The notes under the pieces were generated by a model that did no database searches, had not been told where the DNA came from, and saw only the letters and a list, made by a program, of their open reading frames with translations. From assembly GCA_963933835.1 (NCBI GenBank), contig CAWVVV010000001.1, forward strand, positions 352,001 to 416,000: DNA of 64,000 bases, given 5' to 3'. A program made the translations under genes and the position numbers. Positions within the stretch are counted from its first letter, which is position 1, and each line of letters begins with the position of its first letter. This stretch comes from an uncultured Puniceicoccaceae bacterium (GTDB lineage: Bacteria; Verrucomicrobiota; Verrucomicrobiia; Opitutales; Oceanipulchritudinaceae). This document shows positions 50,210 to 58,780 of this stretch, piece after piece.

Positions 50210-51406
50210 CTAAGCTAGAAAGCCGACCGGCGGGAGCTCTTCGGCACCCCGCCCTGCGATCGCCACAGGCTGCTCTGTAACGAGCGGATAACGATATTCG
50301 AGGCCCTCGAAATTCCGCATCACGATTTCCTCTTCGGTGATTTCCTTCACATAAGAAGGGTTGATCGGCACCTTGCCACCACCACCGGGGGCATCGATGA
50401 CAAACTGCGGAATCGCATAGCCCGTCGAGTGTCCGCGCAGGCCTTGAATAATCTCAATGCCCTTGCGCACATCAGCGCGAAGATGGCGCGAGCCCGTAAT
50501 GAGGTCACACTGGTAAAGGTAATAGGGCCGCACACTGATCATAAGCAGGCGATGCACGAGTGAGCGCATGGTCTCAAGATCATCGTTAACGCCCCGCAGG
50601 AGCACACTCTGGTTGCCAAGGGGAACACCGGCATAGCTCAACTTCTCAGCCGCCTCAGCGACCTCCTCGGTGATCTCACGGGGGTGATTAAAGTGCAGGC
50701 TGATCCAGATCGGACCGTGCTTCTTAAGGACGTCTTGCAGGCCCTCTGTGACACGCTGTGGAAGGAAGACAGGCACTCGGGAACCAATGCGGATGAACTC
50801 CACGTGTGGGATCGCTCGCAGGCGTCCGAGAATGTAGTCCAACTTCTTGTCGCTGAGCAGAAGCGGATCGCCACCGCTCAAAAGGACGTCGCGCACCTCA
50901 GGGTGCTCCTCAATGTATTTAAGCGCGTTTTCGAAGTTAGGGTGAAAGTCGTAGCCTTGCGCATTGGAAACCAAGCGGCTGCGGGTGCAGTAGCGACAAT
51001 ACGCTGCGCACACGTTTGTGACGAGAAAGAGCACGCGGTCCGGATAGCGATGAACAAGCCCGGGGACACCCATCGAATCTTCTTCGCCCACCGGATCGAG
51101 CAGTTCTTCCGGCGCTGTAAACATCTCTTCCTCCCGAGGGATGACCTGCCGACGGATCGGGCAGTTTGGATCATCGCCGTCGATGAGGTTAAAGAAATAA
51201 GGCGTGATCGCCATCTTCAGCTTATTCTCGGCAAAACCGCAGCCCACCCTCTCCTCCGGGGTGAGATCAATGAGGCGCTCGATTTCAGTTAGACTCGTGA
51301 TCCGATTCTTCAGTTGCCAGCGCCAGTCGCGCCAGTCTTTAGCAGGCACAGTGCTCCAGAGGCCTTGGCCACGGAACCAGTCAGAACGTTGATCAGTCGG
51401 ATACAT
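50210..51406 (-). CDS. kamA: KamA family radical SAM enzyme (lysine 2,3-aminomutase-like)
   Basis: WRDWRWQLKNRI, HRYPDRVL, CAAYCRYCTR, LLSGGDPL, NQSVLLRGVND, DAPGGGGK. Confidence 0.88.
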   Translation of the reverse strand: MYPTDQRSDWFRGQGLWSTVPAKDWRDWRWQLKNRITSLTEIERLIDLTPEERVGCGFAENKLKMAITPYFFNLIDGDDPNCPIRRQVIPREEEMFTAPEELLDPVGEEDSMGVPGLVHRYPDRVLFLVTNVCAAYCRYCTRSRLVSNAQGYDFHPNFENALKYIEEHPEVRDVLLSGGDPLLLSDKKLDYILGRLRAIPHVEFIRIGSRVPVFLPQRVTEGLQDVLKKHGPIWISLHFNHPREITEEVAEAAEKLSYAGVPLGNQSVLLRGVNDDLETMRSLVHRLLMISVRPYYLYQCDLITGSRHLRADVRKGIEIIQGLRGHSTGYAIPQFVIDAPGGGGKVPINPSYVKEITEEEIVMRNFEGLEYRYPLVTEQPVAIAGRGAEELPPVGFLA

Positions 51407-51498
51407 TGAGTTGGAAAAGAGAAATAAACCTCATCAATTGAAAAATTCACATATTTAGATTTGTCAATACATGGGAAAGAATTCTACTGATTATTGAG

Positions 51499-51834
51499 AT
51501 GGAACGAGACTCGGAACAACTGGCGCGCGAGCTGTGGACGATTGGAGACGATAACCGCCTCCGCTTGCTCGCAATGCTACCGACCGAGCCTGGCTGCGAA
51601 AACCACCGCAATGTCTCTGAACTCGCGGCGGAGCTTGGTCTCAGTCAGCCAACGGTGAGCAACCACCTCGCCCGCCTCCGCACCCTCGGCATCGTCAAAT
51701 GCCGCAAAATGTGCCGCGACGTCCATTACTGGATCGATCAAGAAATGGCCGCCGAGATCATCACTGCCTTAGCAATCAGCCTGAAGACCAGCGATGTGCT
51801 CCAGAAGAGCGAAGCCGTCGAGACAGGGAAGTGA
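51499..51834 (+). CDS. ArsR/SmtB family transcriptional regulator
   Basis: DNRLRLL, NVSELAAELGLSQPTVSNHLARLRTLGIV. Confidence 0.9.
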   Translation: MERDSEQLARELWTIGDDNRLRLLAMLPTEPGCENHRNVSELAAELGLSQPTVSNHLARLRTLGIVKCRKMCRDVHYWIDQEMAAEIITALAISLKTSDVLQKSEAVETGK

Positions 51835-51841
51835 CGACTGC

Positions 51842-52220
51842 GGACCGCGGGGACGCGGTCCCTCCAAAACAACGATGCCTGCCAGCCCTTCCCTGGAGGA
51901 ACCGGCTCTCATCAGTCCGTATTGCCGACCCATTACCCTTTTCCTGGAGGGACCAGCTCCTGCTGGTCCGCAACCGCGCACGCTCCGGATCTACAGCGGA
52001 CGGGCGGAGCCCATCCCTCCAAAACGTCAAATGACCGTCGCTAACCTCTCTGGAGGGACCAGCTCCGCTGGTCCGCAACGCGTATACCTTGGATCTCCTG
52101 TGGACGGGCAGGAGCCCATCCCTCCAAAAATACCTGCTGACTCCCCTCTCTGGAGGGACCAGCTCCTGCTGGTCCGCAACCGCGGACGCCGCCACAGACC
52201 GGCAGGAGCAGGTCCCTCCA
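51842..52220. repeat. Array of eight 24-25-bp REP-like palindromes (TGGAGGGA-stem-loop-GTCC)
   Basis: Units at 51842-66(-), 51894-918(+), 51945-69(+), 51998-52021(-), 52051-74(+), 52102-26(-), 52151-75(+), 52196-220(-). Confidence 0.9.
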
Positions 52221-52253
52221 AGGTAGGTTGTATTCTAGAAACGTGTAGCCCGC

Positions 52254-53036
52254 CTACTCCACGCTGCGGAAATTGATTTCCCAGGTATGGGATTTGCCAT
52301 CGGGTGGCTGGTTGTAGCGGCGGAGGCGTTGGAAGACATTCAGGACTGAGCGATCGAAGGCTTCGTTTCCTGAGGTGCGTTTGATCCTAAATGGAGAAAT
52401 TGTGCCATCTGCTTGGACGGTAAACTCAACGAGGGCTTCGAGCCCATTTGTTCCGAGCGGATTGAAGGCTGCCTGCAGGCGTGCCGCGAGGCTATCGACA
52501 TAGCTGTTGAGTGCGTTTACCTGTGTCGCACTCATGCTTACGCTGCTAGAGGTCAGGCTAGGCACGCTGAGGGTGTTCAGCTGGTCGCGGGCGTTTGTCT
52601 CGATGCGAACATCTGGCGCGCGCCGCTGCGGAGCGGCTTGGGTGACCTCGGGTTGTCCAAATTGATTTACATGGTCCGCGTAGGAGAGGCGCTGCTGTGG
52701 GGGCTCTGGGGCTGGCGTTGGTGCGACAACAGGGGTCGGTTCAACGATCCGCTCAGGAGGTAAATCTGGCACAGGGCGCAAGTCATCGAAGGTAGGCACT
52801 TCAAGGGACTCAACCGGCGGCAACGGCTCAGGCTCGGGTAACAGCTCAGCCTGTGGCTGCTGAATCGAAACGCTTTCAACCGCTCCCGAGGCACCGCTCA
52901 AATCAACAAGCTCAAATACGACCAGTGACTCCTCTTCAAAAAACGTCGCGAGGAGTCCAAGAACAAGCACTACGCCGATCGCTGCGAGGTGCAGGCCGAT
53001 CGAGACTTGAAAGCCTTCTCTGGTCGCGCGCTTCAA
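52254..53036 (-). CDS. TonB/TolA-like energy transducer
   Basis: TM with SxxxH, Pro/Glu-rich linker, C-terminal DGTI...TSGNEAFDRSV. Confidence 0.85.
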   Translation of the reverse strand: MKRATREGFQVSIGLHLAAIGVVLVLGLLATFFEEESLVVFELVDLSGASGAVESVSIQQPQAELLPEPEPLPPVESLEVPTFDDLRPVPDLPPERIVEPTPVVAPTPAPEPPQQRLSYADHVNQFGQPEVTQAAPQRRAPDVRIETNARDQLNTLSVPSLTSSSVSMSATQVNALNSYVDSLAARLQAAFNPLGTNGLEALVEFTVQADGTISPFRIKRTSGNEAFDRSVLNVFQRLRRYNQPPDGKSHTWEINFRSVE

Positions 53037-53042
53037 AAGTCG

Positions 53043-53456
53043 TCAGATGCTTTGAGTTTCGAGGGACAGCTTTGAGAGCTTATGCTTCTTAATCAAATCG
53101 AGCAGTGTAATGACACTTTGATACGGCAAGGAAGCATCCGCCCGAATTTTCAGCACGGCTGGATCGCCGGAGGCGGCCTCGAGCTCCAGATAGCTATCAA
53201 GCTCTTCAAAGCTCACCAACTGCGGCCCCCAGTAGTAGCGACCGTTCGCATCGAGACTGATCTGTTGAACGACAAGCGCACTCTCAGACTGCGACCCCGG
53301 CGTTTCAACCGGAAGGTTTAGATCGATCGATTGCTCAAGGAGCGGAGCCGTGATCATGAAAATAATGAGGAGGGCAAAGGCAAGGTCGATGAGCGGAGTG
53401 ACGTTGATCTCCGACATCGCTTCGAGCTGGTTCCTCCGATGGAAGCTACGCGCCAT
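53043..53456 (-). CDS. exbD: Biopolymer transporter ExbD/TolR
   Basis: EINVTPLIDLAFALLIIFMITAP, IRAD. Confidence 0.9.
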   Translation of the reverse strand: MARSFHRRNQLEAMSEINVTPLIDLAFALLIIFMITAPLLEQSIDLNLPVETPGSQSESALVVQQISLDANGRYYWGPQLVSFEELDSYLELEAASGDPAVLKIRADASLPYQSVITLLDLIKKHKLSKLSLETQSI

Positions 53457-53459
53457 TGC

Positions 53460-54128
53460 CTAGAGTTCCTTCGTTTCGATTTCGATGCGGTCGGCGAGAT
53501 CACTGGCAAAGTTCTCTGCCTCGATCACCATCAACTTCGTCTGGGTAAGGAGAAAGTTATATCCGAAGACCGAAGGGATCGCGACGACCAGACCCGCCAC
53601 GGTCGTAAGGAGCGCGCCCGAAACACCTGGGGCCAAAGTCCCAACACTTGCACCGCTGGCGGTTGAGATCGAACCAAAGGCATCCATCACACCCCAGACC
53701 GTGCCGAGCAGCCCGAGGAAGGGAGCACCCGTCACGATCGAGCTCAGCATCACCATACGCGACTCATAGCGGAGGGTCACCCGCGAGACGGCCCGCTGAA
53801 GGGAATTTTCCACGTGAGAAATACTGTGCGCACTGTTTTCACTGCGATGATAGGTCGCCAGCGCCTCACGCGAGAGCGCCGCAAAGGGGCCCCTTGTCGA
53901 CGAGAACTCTGGATCGACCCGAATAACACTCGGCGTCGCCCGCATGCGCTCATCAAAGAGCTTGTTCGCCATTCGCATCCGCCGCAGCTCGAGGTACTTA
54001 CCAATCATCACTGTCCAAGCCGTGAAACTAAAGACAACAAGGAGTAGAACAATCACCTTACCCGCGCCATTGGACTGGCCGAAGTAGGTTAACACATTTG
54101 CAAGTGGAAGAAGGATCAGCATCGTCAC
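53460..54128 (-). CDS. exbB: MotA/TolQ/ExbB proton channel
   Basis: APFLGLLGTVWGVM, ALLTTVAGLVVAIPS. Confidence 0.9.
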   Translation of the reverse strand: MTMLILLPLANVLTYFGQSNGAGKVIVLLLVVFSFTAWTVMIGKYLELRRMRMANKLFDERMRATPSVIRVDPEFSSTRGPFAALSREALATYHRSENSAHSISHVENSLQRAVSRVTLRYESRMVMLSSIVTGAPFLGLLGTVWGVMDAFGSISTASGASVGTLAPGVSGALLTTVAGLVVAIPSVFGYNFLLTQTKLMVIEAENFASDLADRIEIETKEL

Positions 54129-54283
54129 CGAAAAGGTGAGACGCCTCTACGCGCTCGCCAATTCAAAAACAGTCGAAACTCGAAAACGGGTGGGAAGCGT
54201 GAGAGATCAATGCCGACGCCAGACCCGAAGAATGAAGTTGCGCTGAGATCGCCGCGTGTTTGCCTGAGAGCACCTGCTTAGCG

Positions 54284-55408
54284 ATGGATAACCTCACTCG
54301 AACACTCAAAGAACTCGCCCCTAAAGCCTCCACCGTCGGAGATAAAACCGCTCTCGTCGGGCTCGACGGCTTCATTGACCGCATCATGGAGGTTGTCGGC
54401 AAGCGCCACGGTCCAGGGGAGCAATTCGATCCGCTTCCTACCATCGATCAATGGGGAGCCCGCGTTTCAGCCGCCGCTGGAGAATCGGCCAATTTCGAGC
54501 TCTGGCTCAAATACGAAAAACTCGGTGGCAATGGCCCCAATATGGCGAATGCGCTGCTCGCTGCGAGCGTTCAGACCCGCTACCTAGGCATGCTCGGGAA
54601 ACCGGTTCACCCCCTCTTTGCCGACTTTGCGAAGCGCTGCGATGCGATCTCACTCGGCGACCCCGGTGTCACCCACGCGATCGAATTTGGCGACGGCAAA
54701 ATCATGCTCGGTGAAATGGCTGACTACGGCAGTCTCACCTATGAACGCATCATCGATTCCGTCGGCGAAGGCGCTTTCCATGACATCCTCGCGCGCTCTG
54801 ACCTCATCAGCCTGATCAATTGGACGATGACGCCGCACCTCACGAGTATCTTTAACGATCTCCTGAGCAAGGTCCTCCCCAATCTGCCTCCGAAAGACGG
54901 TGGACGGATCTTTTTCTTCGACCTCTGCGATCCAGCGAAGCGATCGGACTCAGATCTCCGCTCCGCCCTCGAAGCGATTAAGCGCTTTCAAGCGCATGGG
55001 CGCGCTGTGCTCGGGGTCAATCTCGCCGAAGCCCTCCAAGTCGGCGCCGTCCTCGGCAAAGAGCTCGATGGCTCCTCGACTGCTGGAATTAAAGCCGCCG
55101 CAGGCTGGATCCGTGACCAGCTCGAAATCGCCAACGTCGTCATCCACCGACGCGACGCGGCCGCTTGTGCGACAAAAGAAGACACTTACTTCGTTAACGG
55201 GCCCTTCATTGAGAAACCGCTCATTTCGACCGGCGCCGGAGACCACTTCAACGCAGGCTTCTGCCTCGGACTCCTACTCGACCTCAGCCCCGAAGCGTGC
55301 CTCACCGTCGCGGTCGCAACGAGTGGCCAGTATGTCCGCACCGCCGAAAGCCCATCAATTTCAAAGACTGAGAGCTTCCTTGAGCGTTGGCAAAAGGGAG
55401 ACATTTAG
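54284..55408 (+). CDS. PfkB family carbohydrate kinase
   Basis: LGGNGPNMANAL, STGAGDHFNAGF. Confidence 0.85.
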   Translation: MDNLTRTLKELAPKASTVGDKTALVGLDGFIDRIMEVVGKRHGPGEQFDPLPTIDQWGARVSAAAGESANFELWLKYEKLGGNGPNMANALLAASVQTRYLGMLGKPVHPLFADFAKRCDAISLGDPGVTHAIEFGDGKIMLGEMADYGSLTYERIIDSVGEGAFHDILARSDLISLINWTMTPHLTSIFNDLLSKVLPNLPPKDGGRIFFFDLCDPAKRSDSDLRSALEAIKRFQAHGRAVLGVNLAEALQVGAVLGKELDGSSTAGIKAAAGWIRDQLEIANVVIHRRDAAACATKEDTYFVNGPFIEKPLISTGAGDHFNAGFCLGLLLDLSPEACLTVAVATSGQYVRTAESPSISKTESFLERWQKGDI

Positions 55409-55463
55409 TTCCAATTCTTTTCGGGGCCAAAAACACTTCGGCGCAACACACTTCCCAAAACAT

Positions 55464-56114
55464 ATGACTGAAACAGACGACGATACACGCGGTTACCTCA
55501 TCACTTTCGAAGGGTCAGAAGGGAGCGGAAAATCGACTCAAATCGGCCGCATCGCCGATCGCTTCACTGACGCTGGCTACGACGTCATCGTCACCCGCGA
55601 GCCCGGTGGCACCGCCCTCGGCGAAGAAATCCGACACATCCTCAAGCACGCCGACAATGGGGCCGGGATGTTTCCCGAAGCCGAGCTCCTCCTCTTCGCT
55701 GCGAGCCGCGCTCAACTTGTGCGCGAAGTCATTGAGCCCGGCATCAAGGCAGGGAAGATTGTCCTCTGTGATCGCTTCATGGACTCGACCACAGTGTATC
55801 AAGGTTTGGGACGTAAAATGCAAAGCGGCCCGGTCCACGTCATCAACACTTTCGCCGTCGGCGACATCAATCCAGACGTCACCGTCGTCATCGACATTCC
55901 TGCAGAAGTCGGATTCGAACGCATTCAAAACCGCGTAACTGACCTTCACGACCGGATGGAAGAAGAGAATATTGAGTTCTACCGCAATGTCCGCGAAGGC
56001 TACCTCATGCTCGCGAAGGCACTCCCAGAGCGCTTCATCGTGGTGAATGGAATGGAAGAGATTTCTGCAGTCGAAGAGAGCATTTGGAAGTTACTTCGCA
56101 AACGTGTCATCTAG
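55464..56114 (+). CDS. tmk: Thymidylate kinase
   Basis: ITFEGSEGSGKSTQ, TREPGGT, LCDRFMDSTTVYQG; start ATG 55464. Confidence 0.95.
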   Translation: MTETDDDTRGYLITFEGSEGSGKSTQIGRIADRFTDAGYDVIVTREPGGTALGEEIRHILKHADNGAGMFPEAELLLFAASRAQLVREVIEPGIKAGKIVLCDRFMDSTTVYQGLGRKMQSGPVHVINTFAVGDINPDVTVVIDIPAEVGFERIQNRVTDLHDRMEEENIEFYRNVREGYLMLAKALPERFIVVNGMEEISAVEESIWKLLRKRVI

Positions 56115-57084
56115 CGTGGCCTCGATTGCCTCCAGCCTCTCCCCTGCCCTCGCCGAGACTCGGCCAGTCAAGGTGCTCGATGCGTCGCTCGATCAAGGGC
56201 GCCTCGCACACGGTATCCTCCTCCAAGGAGAAGACCTTGATAGCCTCGAGCAAATCGCCCTCGCACTCGCGGGGCGTCTCCTCAACACCGACGCTAGCTC
56301 AGCGGCAAGCCATCCCGACTTTTTTACCCTGAGGCCCGCAAAGAAGGCCCGTCAGATCCGCATTGGTGAGCGCGGTAGTGACGAACCTAATACAATGCGT
56401 CGTCTCCTCCGAGACCTCTCGCAGACCTCCAATCAAGGTGGACGAAAAGTCGCAGCGGTCTACGAAGCCGACCGGATGAATAATTCGACGGCGAATGCGT
56501 TTCTCAAGACGCTCGAAGAACCACCGGATGGCACAACTCTCATCCTCATCACGACGCGCCCCTACGCACTACTTGATACGCTGCGCAGCCGGTGCTTCAA
56601 CTTTCGTCTCCCCCTTCGCAATCAACGGCTCGACCAAGACGAATGGGTCATTTGGCGTAAAGCCTACCTCGGATGGCTCGATATGATCACGGGGATGAAG
56701 GCAACGGCCGAAGGCCGCGCCCACGCTGTTATGGGAGCCTACGGTCTCATCGTTCAATTCACCGAAACCCTCAACACGCTGAGCAACGAGGCTTGGGAGA
56801 AAGCGGGTGATACTCTGCCCGAACACCTCAGTGACGATGAACGCTCGGCGCATGAAGCGGGCCTACGCAAAGGCATCCGCAGCGACCTCTTCCGCGACAT
56901 CGAAGAAACGACCCGCCTCTTCGCTGTGCAACAAAGCGCCCCTGGAGAATTCCCCTCCCTTACCCTAGCCCGCCTCACCGCTGAACTAGAACGCCTCGCC
57001 GGCCTGCTCGAAGTAAACCTAAAAGAAGACGTCGCCCTAGAACGCTTCCTCCACGAGTCGCTGAGACTGTGGAATTTGAAGTGA
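56104..57084 (+). CDS. holB: DNA polymerase III delta' subunit
   Basis: HPDF, ADRMNNSTANAFLKTLEEPP, TLRSRC; follows tmk. Confidence 0.85.
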   Translation: MSSSVASIASSLSPALAETRPVKVLDASLDQGRLAHGILLQGEDLDSLEQIALALAGRLLNTDASSAASHPDFFTLRPAKKARQIRIGERGSDEPNTMRRLLRDLSQTSNQGGRKVAAVYEADRMNNSTANAFLKTLEEPPDGTTLILITTRPYALLDTLRSRCFNFRLPLRNQRLDQDEWVIWRKAYLGWLDMITGMKATAEGRAHAVMGAYGLIVQFTETLNTLSNEAWEKAGDTLPEHLSDDERSAHEAGLRKGIRSDLFRDIEETTRLFAVQQSAPGEFPSLTLARLTAELERLAGLLEVNLKEDVALERFLHESLRLWNLK

Positions 57085-57106
57085 GTGATTTAGAATCTTG
57101 AAAAGC

Positions 57107-57424
57107 TTATCTGGACTCACGTGGGTTCGAATCAGAGCTCTTCGGCTGGTAACGAATCTTTTTCACAAAGACCCACATACCGTAGTAAATAATAGCAGTC
57201 CCCGTTGAAAGCCCGGCACTCGCGAGGTGAGACAAAACATAAGAGCCCGATACCGTCAGTGCGAAATAAAACACGAAACTTACAATACCAAAAATTATAC
57301 CAAATTTGATGACAGAATATTCATGGCCCTTTGAGCGCTGCATCGTGGCAATGACCATTAGGACCAGAAATACCAATCCGACTAAGTCAGCAATAAGAGC
57401 TAGTATTGAGATCCCTGAATACAT
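57107..57424 (-). CDS. Small 3-TM hypothetical membrane protein
   Basis: Three hydrophobic segments; AT-rich. Confidence 0.55.
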   Translation of the reverse strand: MYSGISILALIADLVGLVFLVLMVIATMQRSKGHEYSVIKFGIIFGIVSFVFYFALTVSGSYVLSHLASAGLSTGTAIIYYGMWVFVKKIRYQPKSSDSNPRESR

Positions 57425-57450
57425 CGGTGCTTATGCGTGATTAAAAAAAG

Positions 57451-58320
57451 CTACACCCCAATCGGGTGCCAGGTGGTCTTGTATTCGATAAAGTCTTTGA
57501 TCGCGTAGAGTGAAGGCGGCGCTTCGGCCAACCATTGAGCGCGCGTTTTAGACGTGCGCACCTTCAAGCGCTTCATGCTCTCGGCGGCATAGATTTGAGC
57601 CTGCTTCGCTGCTTCACTCTCAACCGTAAGATCAAGCCCGCGCACATGCTCGTGGGTCGTCATTGTTTCGAGAAGCTCGTCGGCTGAACCACTGAGAAGG
57701 TTTACGACACCACCCGGCAGATCAGAGGTCGCGAGCATTTCTCCAAGGAGGATGGCAGGATAAGGATTCTTCTCCGAAGCCAACGCGATAATGGCGTTGC
57801 CCGATGTAATGACTGGAGCGACCTGCAAGATGAGCCCGAGCAGTGACGCCTCTGCTGGAGCAATGGCGCAAACCACGCCCATCGGCTCAGTGACGGTAAA
57901 GTTAAAAAACAGCCCAGAGACAGGGTTGGTGTTACCTAGCACTTGCGCATACTTATCCGTCCATCCCGCGCAGTGCACGAGGCTATCGATCGCTGCACTC
58001 ACTTCGACCTCAGCCTGCTTGGCAGTCACTCCGCCAGTGAGGCGCACCGCCCCAACAAGCTCTTCGGCACGTGCTTCCATCATCTCTGCCAGACGATATA
58101 AAATCTGCCCGCGATTGTAGGCCGTCCGAGCGGCCCACGCGCCGCCAGCCTTCGCCGCGACTTCGACCGCGTTGCGCACATCCTTGCGCGAACAAACGGG
58201 CACATTGCAGATAAACTCCCCAGAAGCATCTTCGAGCGCACGAACACGTCCACTCTCGGAGCGTATGAACTTTCCGCCTACATAGGCTTTAGGGGTCTTG
58301 GTGATAGGTAAACGAGTCAT
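57451..58320 (-). CDS. Short aldehyde-dehydrogenase-fold protein lacking the catalytic domain
   Basis: GGKFIRSESGR, YNRGQILYRLAEM, TSDLPGGVVNLL, KTTWHP; no ELGG or catalytic Cys region. Confidence 0.85.
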   Translation of the reverse strand: MTRLPITKTPKAYVGGKFIRSESGRVRALEDASGEFICNVPVCSRKDVRNAVEVAAKAGGAWAARTAYNRGQILYRLAEMMEARAEELVGAVRLTGGVTAKQAEVEVSAAIDSLVHCAGWTDKYAQVLGNTNPVSGLFFNFTVTEPMGVVCAIAPAEASLLGLILQVAPVITSGNAIIALASEKNPYPAILLGEMLATSDLPGGVVNLLSGSADELLETMTTHEHVRGLDLTVESEAAKQAQIYAAESMKRLKVRTSKTRAQWLAEAPPSLYAIKDFIEYKTTWHPIGV

Positions 58321-58338
58321 GATATATACATTAAAGGG

Positions 58339-58758
58339 TTAACCACGGATGGACACAGATTCTAGAACTCCTAGGACGACGCGTTTCCACTGCCGTTTAG
58401 GATGCTTAAAATTGAGGATGAGACCAATCTTGAGCTTTGTAATGCGAAGGTAGTTCATCATTTGACCAACTTCATTATCACCGATTGGGTCGATGACTTT
58501 AGTATCTACGACGACTGTATTCTCAATAATCAGATCAGGAATAAAAAGCCCAACAGAACTTCCCTTATAGCTGATTTCGTATTGATTTTGCTGGGCAACA
58601 TCTAAAGCGCGCAGACCTAACTCAATAACCAAAGCGTTCTCGTAAGGCTTCTCGTGAAGCCCATGACCCAATCCATTCAAAACATCGAACGCAGACCCAA
58701 TAACATCTTTAGTCAGCGTTTCATGCTGTAGTAAAGATCCGTGTGTATCCGTGTTCAT
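58339..58758 (-). CDS. GxxExxY family protein (PD-(D/E)XK nuclease fold)
   Basis: GLHEKPY (GxxExxY), IPDLIIENTVVVDTK (PD...DxK), QMMNYL, GLILNF. Confidence 0.92.
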   Translation of the reverse strand: MNTDTHGSLLQHETLTKDVIGSAFDVLNGLGHGLHEKPYENALVIELGLRALDVAQQNQYEISYKGSSVGLFIPDLIIENTVVVDTKVIDPIGDNEVGQMMNYLRITKLKIGLILNFKHPKRQWKRVVLGVLESVSIRG

Positions 58759-58768
58759 CCGTGGTTAA
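58339..58768. mobile_element. Putative mobile cassette: GxxExxY gene between 22-bp inverted repeats
   Basis: Left 58339-58360 TTAACCACGGATGGACACAGAT; right 58747-58768 reverse-complements to TTAACCACGGATGAACACGGAT (20/22 match); extra decamer at 58737-58746. Confidence 0.6.
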
Positions 58769-58780
58769 AGGTTTTTAAGC

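Noticed and set aside
51842..52220. Possible CRISPR array
   Set aside because: Units alternate in orientation, vary internally and have related spacers; no cas genes; it fits REP-type repeats.
51699..52276. Several short ORFs with repeated EGPAPAGP or WRDQLLLVR peptides
   Set aside because: Translations of the REP-like array.
54900..55463. Apparent long N-terminal extensions of tmk (and likewise alr from 13039)
   Set aside because: They overlap the upstream gene in another frame; real starts are at 55464 and 13297.
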